A DNA stretch of 40,000 nucleotides, from the NCBI GenBank assembly GCA_048268505.1, contig JBLWVK010000004.1:74114-114113 (forward strand). The letters run 5' to 3'. The DNA comes from Kangiella sp. GTDB taxonomy: Bacteria > Pseudomonadota > Gammaproteobacteria > Enterobacterales > Kangiellaceae. Both the position numbers and the translations under genes were made by a program. Under the pieces are notes generated by a model. It was not told the DNA's origin. It made no database searches and saw only the letters and a program-made list of their open reading frames with translations. Each line of letters begins with the position of its first letter. Position 1 is the stretch's first letter. Positions 18,587 to 25,792 of this stretch are shown one piece after another.

Positions 18587-18807
18587 CCCTTTTGATTGAG
18601 CTGAGTAGTAGACAAGGCATAGCAATTCAAAACAGGACGTTTTGAATAGTAAAATTCGGGCCAGGGATGGAACGTATTTTACGGTGCGTTAAGTGGCTTG
18701 GTGGATACGAAGGAAGTTGAACGAAGTGAAACCTCAATCACGGGGTGGTCTTCTTTTGGTTACTTTTCTTGACCACGCAAGAAAAGTAACTCGCTGAGTA
18801 GCGAAAC
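18587..18807 (+). repeat. copy A of a ~222-bp hairpin-rich noncoding repeat
   Basis: It aligns to the reverse complement of 27961-28184. By hand alignment there are 9 mismatches over the first ~163 nt, followed by a hairpin module of the same shape but different sequence. Internal hairpins are at 18625-18647 and 18759-18790. A closing stem pairs 18593-18600 with 18733-18740. Confidence 0.9.
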
Positions 18808-18834
18808 CACAATATAAAGCGTAAAAGTCACTGG

Positions 18835-18857
18835 ATACCGCGGTCAAGCCGCGGTAT
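18835..18857. repeat. REP-like palindrome
   Basis: ATACCGCGG-tcaag-CCGCGGTAT, with perfect 9-bp arms, just 3' of repeat copy A. Confidence 0.7.
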
Positions 18858-18988
18858 GACAGATAATGAATTTTGGTACTTCCAATAAGAATTAAGCAAA
18901 GCGCTATACACTAAAAATTCCCTTAGACAAGCCAAAAGCCATCTGCTACTTTAGAATTATCATAAAGTAAGGATTCGGGATCGAGTTA

Positions 18989-19393
18989 GTGTCAGAACAG
19001 GAACGGCGAAATTTTTCACGCATTGAATACAATGCCAAAGTTCTCATTGAACAGGGAGAGCACAAGTCTGTGGGCTCTGTCATTGAGCTGTCATTGAATG
19101 GTGTTCTGATCGATTCAAAATCCAAACTTGACAGAAACCAACCGGTTGATATTCAAATCATCATTGATGAATTTTCTCCAGCCATTCATCTAAAGGCGGA
19201 AATTGTTCACCATCAGGATCAGCAATATGGCTTAAGAACTTTGGAGATCGATATTGATAGCATGCTACAGCTTAGAACCATCATCGGTATGCATAACGAT
19301 GATCCTGATGAGATCCATCGTGAATCGGACGCGCTCTGGAAAACCAAGCTCGAAGAAAAAGAGTTAGAAGAGAAAGAGCCTGAAGATAACTAA
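18989..19393 (+). CDS. PilZ domain protein (putative c-di-GMP binding) with an acidic C-terminal tail
   Basis: GTG start. RRNFSR (RxxxR) lies at residues 6-11 and ELSLNG resembles (D/N)xSxxG. 134 aa, ending EEKELEEKEPEDN. Confidence 0.55.
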   Translation: MSEQERRNFSRIEYNAKVLIEQGEHKSVGSVIELSLNGVLIDSKSKLDRNQPVDIQIIIDEFSPAIHLKAEIVHHQDQQYGLRTLEIDIDSMLQLRTIIGMHNDDPDEIHRESDALWKTKLEEKELEEKEPEDN

Positions 19394-19404
19394 TTAGTTT
19401 TTTC

Positions 19405-20028
19405 TTAATCAACACCCCACTCATCAAACCGTGTCTGATAGCCGTCAGGTTTAACCAGCTCAATCTGCCAGCAGGTTTCCCCTCTCGCCAGATACTTAAC
19501 TTCAAAGTGTGTTCTTTGAGAACCTTTATCTACTTCAAACACTGTGGGCGATAATTGCCACAGTTCTTTCGACTGTTGCTCCGCTTCTTCGATATAGGTT
19601 TGAATATTGGTTGCCAGAATCAGTTTGGCTCCGTCCTGCATTCTGGATAGAAGAAACTCGAAAAACGGCATATTGAGCCAGCGCTGACTTGGATTCTTGG
19701 GCTCCGGATTCGGGTATAACAAAAACACCCCAGCGAGACTTTTAGGTGGTAACGCATGTACCACCCAAGGGATGGCATCTGCATGCACCGCCAATAGATT
19801 ACGCAATGACAATTGTTCAGCCTTATCTGCGAAATCATTAAATTTATTTCGCGTACGCTCAATCGCAATCAAGTTCTTACCGGGATTTTCCCGAGCAAAC
19901 ATTAACGCATGCTTGCCTCGCCCAGCACCAATCTCAAGATATTGCGGTACTTTAATTTCAGGCTTGGTGAACCCTCGTGGAGCAAATAGTTTCTCAGGTT
20001 TGAACTGGCGTAAATTGACATCCGTCAT
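19405..20028 (-). CDS. TrmB-family (Methyltransf_4-like) SAM-dependent methyltransferase
   Basis: YLEIGAGRGKHAL is SAM motif I. ...LLYPNPEPKNPSQRW... occupies the position of the TrmB FPDPWxKxRHxKRR motif but is divergent. 207 aa. Confidence 0.5.
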   Translation of the reverse strand: MTDVNLRQFKPEKLFAPRGFTKPEIKVPQYLEIGAGRGKHALMFARENPGKNLIAIERTRNKFNDFADKAEQLSLRNLLAVHADAIPWVVHALPPKSLAGVFLLYPNPEPKNPSQRWLNMPFFEFLLSRMQDGAKLILATNIQTYIEEAEQQSKELWQLSPTVFEVDKGSQRTHFEVKYLARGETCWQIELVKPDGYQTRFDEWGVD

Positions 20029-20116
20029 AATATATTAAGATTCGCTGATATTAACTTTAACAAGTGCTTTCGAAGGGGTAGTATAAAGTGTTATCAGAAA
20101 CGGTAAAGGAAACCCC

Positions 20117-20698
20117 ATGAAAAAAGTATTGGTTATTCTACTCTTATTATTAGTGATTGCTGGCATTGGTTATTATGGCTGGCAACAATACCAGGAAGCT
20201 CAGACCAGGCTGTGGGAAGAAAAAGCGCAGCTGGCTGAAGAAACTCTTAAGCCCATCAAGCTGCAATTTAAAGCAACCTTAATGAGCGGTTTGCAACAAG
20301 GTGTAGTAGAAGCGATTGATTACTGTAACCTTGAGGCGCCCGAAATTACCGAAAAAGTACCGGATGGTGTTGAAGTTGGGCGAACCAGCCACAAGGTACG
20401 CAATCCGGCTAATGAACCTACTGATTTATTGCAGGCACCGCTGGATTATTATCTTGAAATGGAGCGTCTTGGTAATGAAACAAGTGGACAGATTACGCAG
20501 CTACCAAGCGGTGAGTGGCTGTATGTAGAACCGATTTATACTCAAGCCATGTGCTTAGCCTGCCATGGCGAGAATCTTGCTCCTGAAGTTCAAACAGCTA
20601 TCAATGATAAATATCCGAACGATAAAGCAACGGGCTTTAAAGAAGGTGAGTTACGCGGCATGTTCTGGCTGAAACTGCAGGAAGACTTTGAAGAATAA
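20117..20698 (+). CDS. DUF3365-like exported c-type haem protein
   Basis: N-terminal signal/anchor MKKVLVILLLLLVIAGIG. A single CLACH haem-binding motif lies in ...AMCLACHGENLAPEVQTAINDKYPNDKATGFKEGELRGMFW. Confidence 0.55.
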   Translation: MKKVLVILLLLLVIAGIGYYGWQQYQEAQTRLWEEKAQLAEETLKPIKLQFKATLMSGLQQGVVEAIDYCNLEAPEITEKVPDGVEVGRTSHKVRNPANEPTDLLQAPLDYYLEMERLGNETSGQITQLPSGEWLYVEPIYTQAMCLACHGENLAPEVQTAINDKYPNDKATGFKEGELRGMFWLKLQEDFEE

Positions 20699-20726
20699 CT
20701 GTCAGATAAATAGTGAAAGGATGAGT

Positions 20727-20756
20727 AAAAGGGTGATAGCTAATCACCCTTTTTTA
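20727..20756. terminator. bidirectional rho-independent terminator
   Basis: AAAGGGTGAT-agcta-ATCACCCTTT plus a T-run, between convergent genes. Confidence 0.85.
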
Positions 20757-20769
20757 TGACTATCGAAAA

Positions 20770-21330
20770 CTAATCAATCAATCTTGGCTCATTGTATTTG
20801 CTGATCAGGCCATAGATTGAAATCACCGTCCAGCAGGCTTCCAGAGTGAAAACCGGCCAGTTCTGATCGAGCCATAGTTGTGGCATTAAACTACTGGCTG
20901 CGTAGGCAGTACACACAAAATACATATTTATAGACATTTTGTTAGCACTGAATAGTAGGTAGCCCGCGCAAAATACGAAAGCTGAACTCCAGCCTAATAT
21001 ATCCAGCTGCACCGACTGCTTGATGATAGACATCACGATTAGCACTAACCAGATACTTGCCAATATGATTTTAAAAGCCAACATCGAGAAAGGGACTTTG
21101 GAAAGATCATAGCGAAATAACAACAGGAGACTTACGATTGCCCAAAAAACATTAATCACAACTGCCTGCCAGGATTCAAGAGCAGCCGAAGTTATGACCA
21201 GTGATACTGCGGCAATTAAATTACCACTGTAATAAATTACTTTCTTCCAGTCTTTGACAATGGAAATATAGGCATGGCCAAGCAAATAAAAAGCAATACC
21301 AACCCAGCCGAGAATATCTAAAAAAGTCAT
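20770..21330 (-). CDS. 7-TM membrane protein with an internal 3-TM duplication, function unknown
   Basis: 186 aa. Residues ~3-75 and ~107-180 align (LDILGW identical, plus conserved G, S, K, W...W..S and a terminal Y). One linking helix separates them. The start lies 8 nt after the upstream stop. Confidence 0.7.
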   Translation of the reverse strand: MTFLDILGWVGIAFYLLGHAYISIVKDWKKVIYYSGNLIAAVSLVITSAALESWQAVVINVFWAIVSLLLLFRYDLSKVPFSMLAFKIILASIWLVLIVMSIIKQSVQLDILGWSSAFVFCAGYLLFSANKMSINMYFVCTAYAASSLMPQLWLDQNWPVFTLEACWTVISIYGLISKYNEPRLID

Positions 21331-21338
21331 AGCAATAA

Positions 21339-22403
21339 TTACAGTAAATTAATATGAAGATTTCGAACTAACAGTTCTTTACCAATATGTGGGCCGTTAA
21401 CGATCACTACACGACTTAAGTCCATCATGTTTTTATACAGTCGATCGTTGTCGCTCGGCTGCATGATTTTATCACTCCATTCAATCACCACCACCCGCGT
21501 GCCTTGTGGCAGAGTCAGATACTTAGTCTTACCTGAATCATCTTTGAACTGGCCGAGAATGACAGGATAGCCTTCGCCTGCTACTAACTGCGCCATATCT
21601 ACCTGCTGAGCGATAGACTCACCTGCCTGCTGACTGCCTAACACATCCAACTGTTCCAACATAGCAATGGCAGCATTAATATCGGCAATCAGTTTCTGCC
21701 CCTGCTGAGTTTTCGGTGCAATCACATACAATGGCGATCGGTCACTGATATCAGGAATGGCCTGAATCAATTGAAGCCGCTCAGGAAAATACTCTGACAA
21801 GGTGGCGTTCATGACGCCTTCTGTCATTGGCAGCAGCTCAATCTCATTGTTGAACAAAGCCAATAAAGCCTGCTGTTCAGAAGCATAAACCTCTGCCTCA
21901 CCAACTATTTTATCCAGCTCTTCTCCATAGCTGTAGCCTGAGACGCGCCCCATTTTCAGCACACTGAGCTCTTGCGTTGCTTGTGCCTGATTTAAATGCT
22001 GACGGTTGAAATAAATGCGGCTGGTGGCGTAAAAAAGCGGCTCAGAAAATAGAACTTTTTCAGCACGCTGCCTGGTGTAGAAATAAGGAAACGAAGCTTC
22101 TAATTTGTTACTGGCAACCATTGCCTGGGCAAAATCATAAGGCGCATATTGCCATTCAATATCTTTTCCCAACGCAATCCCGATCATTTCAATCATACGA
22201 GCCGCACTACCCAAAGTATCGCCTTCTGGATTGATATAAGGTGCCCATACATTGGTGGTCATGGTAATCGCTGTCTTAGCAGGTGCCTGCTCATTGTCAG
22301 CTTCAACCGCTTCGGATGATTCAGTAGCGGCAAAAGTTAACGGCACTGCTGTAAGCGAAGCTGCCATAAATACTGATAGTAATAAAAATAGTTTTTTCAT
22401 CAT
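21339..22403 (-). CDS. exported family-3-like solute-binding protein with an extra ~95-aa C-terminal domain
   Basis: The ORF-track start at 22415 is a GTG; ATG at 22403 or 22400 gives MMKKLFLLLSVFMAASLTAVPLTFA. The core resembles SBP_bac_3 proteins (...VWAPYINPEGD...YFYTRQRAEKVLFSEPL...). The beta-rich C-terminal extension includes KYLTLPQGTRVVVIEWSD. Confidence 0.65.
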   Translation of the reverse strand: MMKKLFLLLSVFMAASLTAVPLTFAATESSEAVEADNEQAPAKTAITMTTNVWAPYINPEGDTLGSAARMIEMIGIALGKDIEWQYAPYDFAQAMVASNKLEASFPYFYTRQRAEKVLFSEPLFYATSRIYFNRQHLNQAQATQELSVLKMGRVSGYSYGEELDKIVGEAEVYASEQQALLALFNNEIELLPMTEGVMNATLSEYFPERLQLIQAIPDISDRSPLYVIAPKTQQGQKLIADINAAIAMLEQLDVLGSQQAGESIAQQVDMAQLVAGEGYPVILGQFKDDSGKTKYLTLPQGTRVVVIEWSDKIMQPSDNDRLYKNMMDLSRVVIVNGPHIGKELLVRNLHINLL

Positions 22404-22414
22404 CTTGTTGTTCA

Positions 22415-23647
22415 CTAGCGTGTTTTAATTTTTCGATAAATCAATATCAAAATAACTGTCAATAAAATACCAAAACCAAACATATAGTCGGTATCAATAT
22501 TGGCGATAAAACTTAGGAAAAATGAAGTGCTTTCATCATTGTAATCAAGTGCCGGACGCGACATCATTTCGCGGCTGAACTCAACCAGATAAAGTGATAG
22601 CTCGAATACGGCGAAGAAACTTAAGGTCACAAGTAAAAGATCTGTTAATACGGTGCTTCGCTCGCGACGTTTATGATCGGCTTCTTCCAGACGGCTGCTA
22701 CAGACTTCAACCATACGCTTGCTGTTCTGCACCAGTGTATCAAACTCCCAGCACTCCAGAATATTCGCCACCAACTTTCGCTTGGCGCGGGTTAAATATT
22801 TCAAATGCTCATGATAATTGATCAGATGCATACGTGCCGCCACCCGACTGATAGACAACTCACTCTCAGCCTGTAGCAAATTCTTACTGACATAAGCCAG
22901 TTCAATCGCTTCCATCAACTGCTTGTTGCAGTTTTCCTGTGCGGTGTAAAAGTACTGAGACAGAATCATGGAATCAATACGGTAATCCAGCGAAGTCCCT
23001 TCCTGCCAATGCGCAGGGTTAACCACAACATAATTCAGCCAGGTCATTGAATACTGTGATTCACCGGCAATAATTTTTTCCGCATCCTGTGGGTCACGAG
23101 TATTACTTAACCACTCAGTGATCAATTTCTGAATATTGCTTTTTTTGAGATCCTGATCACGCAGTAATATGGCGCGAGATATCCAGTGCACATCTGGTTT
23201 AGCCATCTGCTCTATGTTGTAGTCAAGAATATCACTATTCTTCAGCTGCCTAACCTGATTGACAAAGGCAATAAAACCACCCCATGCTAACTGAATAGCT
23301 TTCCGTGTGTCGGCCTGCGAAAGCGCTTCTAATTGCTCGCTGGTTAATACTTCAGAATATTGCAGAGCGACTTCTGCAATGGCAATATTATTCGGGAACA
23401 CATGCAGCTTGACCTTATTTTCGGTGTCTTCCCAGATAAAGAGGCGTAAATTCTTAACATCATCATTCAGCTTGGAATACTGCTGATTTTGGCTCTTGAG
23501 GGTGCTGGCATTAGTGCAGCCTTCTAATTCACAGACAGCATTAATAAAGGCCTGATACTTAGCGGATGAGTTATTAACCCCTAGTTTTAAACCCACGCCT
23601 ATCTGGACGGGTGAAATTGTGGTCAATGCAATAGTTGGTTCGCTCAT
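22415..23647 (-). CDS. hypothetical protein: ~330-aa cytoplasmic domain plus 2 C-terminal TM helices
   Basis: 410 aa with no signal peptide. A charged helix (EEADHKRRERS) leads into VLTDLLLVTLSFFAVFELSLYLVEF, and a second helix reads FGFGILLTVILILIYRKI. There is no GMN motif. The start lies 15 nt after the radA stop. Confidence 0.6.
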   Translation of the reverse strand: MSEPTIALTTISPVQIGVGLKLGVNNSSAKYQAFINAVCELEGCTNASTLKSQNQQYSKLNDDVKNLRLFIWEDTENKVKLHVFPNNIAIAEVALQYSEVLTSEQLEALSQADTRKAIQLAWGGFIAFVNQVRQLKNSDILDYNIEQMAKPDVHWISRAILLRDQDLKKSNIQKLITEWLSNTRDPQDAEKIIAGESQYSMTWLNYVVVNPAHWQEGTSLDYRIDSMILSQYFYTAQENCNKQLMEAIELAYVSKNLLQAESELSISRVAARMHLINYHEHLKYLTRAKRKLVANILECWEFDTLVQNSKRMVEVCSSRLEEADHKRRERSTVLTDLLLVTLSFFAVFELSLYLVEFSREMMSRPALDYNDESTSFFLSFIANIDTDYMFGFGILLTVILILIYRKIKTR

Positions 23648-23662
23648 AATACTTCTTATTGT

Positions 23663-25030
23663 TTAAATTAACTGAATAAACTGATCCATACGGCTGACGC
23701 CAATAACCTCTAATCCTTCCATTGGTTTCGGTGGTTTGTTTCCTTCCGGAACAATGGCACGTTTGAAACCATGCTTAGCCGCTTCTTTCAAACGCTCCTG
23801 ACCATTCGGTACAGGTCGAATTTCACCAGCAAGACCAATCTCACCGAAAATTACCGTATGTTCAGCTAGCGGACGATTACGTAAGCTGGAAATAATCGAT
23901 GCTACAAGCGCTAAGTCAGAGCTGGTTTCCATCACCCTAACACCACCAACCACATTCGCAAACACATCCTGATCATAAGTCGCTATTCCAGCATGGCGAT
24001 TAAGCACTGCCAGTAACATGGCAATTCGCTGATGATCGAGACCGACTGCGATACGACGTGGCTGTGGGGCATGCGACGTATCCACCAACGCCTGAATCTC
24101 CACCAGCATAGGGCGCGTTCCTTCCCAGGTTGCCATCACTGCACTGCCGGCAACAGGATCCTGATATTTGGATAAGAAAATCGCTGATGGATTTTTCACC
24201 TGCTTCAAGCCTTCATCCGTCATGGCGAAGACGCCTAACTCATTAACAGCACCAAAACGATTTTTTACTGCACGCAATAAACGAAGACGACCATCACGTT
24301 CACCTTCAAAATACAGTACCGCATCGACCATGTGCTCCAGCACCCGCGGACCAGCCAGAGCGCCATCTTTGGTGACATGGCCAACAACTAGCAGCGTAAT
24401 ACCTGTCTGTTTGGCAAAGCGTACCAATTGGGCGGCACTTTCGCGAACCTGCGCCACACCACCCGGTGCAGACTGCAACATTTCGGTGTAAATGGTTTGA
24501 ATAGAATCCACCACCATCACTTTCGGCTTTTGCATCAAAGCCTGCGTGGTGATTTGCTCAACCTGAGTTTCAGTCAGTAACGAAAAATCGCCAGTGGCTA
24601 ACCCTAAACGCTGCGCGCGCATGGTAACCTGCTGCAACGACTCCTCACCGGTTACATAGAGCACCGAATCAGTTTCGCTGATTTTGCACAGACTCTGTAA
24701 CAGGATGGTTGATTTACCGATTCCCGGATCACCTCCCATCAAGACTACCGAGCCAGGAACCAGCCCACCACCTAAAACGCGATCAAGTTCCGACAGGCCC
24801 GAAGACATGCGTGGCAACTCAGACAAGTCCACCTTGTCCATCTTGACCACTTTAGTCGCCTGCCCGGCATATCCAGTGAAACGGGAGCTCTTTGTGCCGC
24901 TACTTACTTTTTTAGCATCAACCTGTTCAACCATGGAATTCCATGCCTTGCAGGCACCGCACTGCCCCGCCCATTGCGGGGTTTCAGAGCCACACTCCTG
25001 ACAGACATATATCGTTTTTACTTTTCCCAT
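23663..25030 (-). CDS. radA: DNA repair protein RadA/Sms
   Basis: C4 zinc finger CQECGSETPQWAGQCGACKAWN, Walker A GDPGIGKST, the KNRFG motif, and a Lon-protease-like C-terminal domain. Confidence 0.97.
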   Translation of the reverse strand: MGKVKTIYVCQECGSETPQWAGQCGACKAWNSMVEQVDAKKVSSGTKSSRFTGYAGQATKVVKMDKVDLSELPRMSSGLSELDRVLGGGLVPGSVVLMGGDPGIGKSTILLQSLCKISETDSVLYVTGEESLQQVTMRAQRLGLATGDFSLLTETQVEQITTQALMQKPKVMVVDSIQTIYTEMLQSAPGGVAQVRESAAQLVRFAKQTGITLLVVGHVTKDGALAGPRVLEHMVDAVLYFEGERDGRLRLLRAVKNRFGAVNELGVFAMTDEGLKQVKNPSAIFLSKYQDPVAGSAVMATWEGTRPMLVEIQALVDTSHAPQPRRIAVGLDHQRIAMLLAVLNRHAGIATYDQDVFANVVGGVRVMETSSDLALVASIISSLRNRPLAEHTVIFGEIGLAGEIRPVPNGQERLKEAAKHGFKRAIVPEGNKPPKPMEGLEVIGVSRMDQFIQLI

Positions 25031-25317
25031 ATCAAATATTCCCGAAAAGCTGATTTTTCCGCTACTCTTCGTTAAACCCTCCTCAATATGCTCACTGATG
25101 ATGTTGCATCAGCTCCGCTATTTCGTCGGCTTCGCCTCGAGTATCGTCATCTCAACTTTTCTACCAATAAATAGTTACTTTAAATTATTTGTAAACCTGA
25201 CTTGCCGCGTTAGACAGTTGCTCAGTCCGTTTTTCTTGGTGTTTTGCCGTATAGCTCGTCTCCAAGACTAATAACTTCAAAAGTTAGCACCAATTACCCC
25301 ATTAAAAGTTAGCCGAA

Positions 25318-25489
25318 GTATTCAAAATTATAGTGTAAATTGGGCAGGACAGCCCAATTTAGCAAATTCGAAACACGGATGTTTCGTTTTGCGGCACGTT
25401 AGGTAATTTTGAATAGTGAGGGAAGCGCTAAGCGCCTAACTTTTAGGGCGAGTTTTTTGGTTCGTTTTTTGCTCGTCCAAAAAATGAAC
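25318..25489. repeat. divergent mosaic relative (copy C) of the hairpin-rich repeat family
   Basis: It contains the same kinds of modules in a different order: TAAATTGGGC-aggac-AGCCCAATTTA, ATTCGAAAC-acggat-GTTTCG, long-range TATTCAAAATTA/TAATTTTGAATA, GCGC-taa-GCGC, and GTTCGTTTTTTG-ctcgtc-CAAAAAATGAAC (25460-25489). Confidence 0.6.
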
Positions 25490-25792
25490 ATCAAAATAAT
25501 ATCCGTTACAACATTGGCCTGATCTGTAACTTTTAACCCAGCCTATAAAGCCTCTATTTACCTGTACCGTGTGATTAACCACGGCCTGGTTACACATCAG
25601 TCTTAGTCGATGGACTGAAAACACTCAATACCCAACAGCCTAACTGACTTCCACATACTCGCCGATCTTTGCGATAAACAATGTCGTATATCATTGCTTT
25701 TTTCTAGTTTATGTTCGAAATACGCTTCTATTCGCCAGCGCCTATCTTATGAGATAGAATAGCTTTATTGAAGTAGATTTCTGATATTAATC

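Noticed and set aside
18544-18885. The 8-bp direct repeat ACTTCCAA at 18544-18551 and 18878-18885, flanking the repeat-containing block, as a possible target-site duplication.
   Set aside because: A repeated 8-mer within ~470 bp is expected by chance: roughly C(470,2)/4^8, about 1-2 occurrences. The B copy shows no equivalent flanks. This is not enough to call a TSD or MITE insertion.
25436-25624. 62-aa ORF on the minus strand in the radA-DAHP synthase gap.
   Set aside because: It overlaps the mosaic repeat hairpins, has no SD, and has odd composition. It is most likely a chance ORF.
25681-25752. Mini-ORFs MSYIIAFF* (25681-25707) and MFEIRFYSPAPIL* (25711-25752) upstream of the DAHP synthase gene, considered as aromatic-amino-acid attenuator leader peptides.
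   Set aside because: Neither has an SD. There are only 2-3 aromatic codons and no tandem run. The nearby stem (CTATCT-tatg-AGATAG) is short, lacks a U-tract, and has no clear alternative antiterminator pairing.
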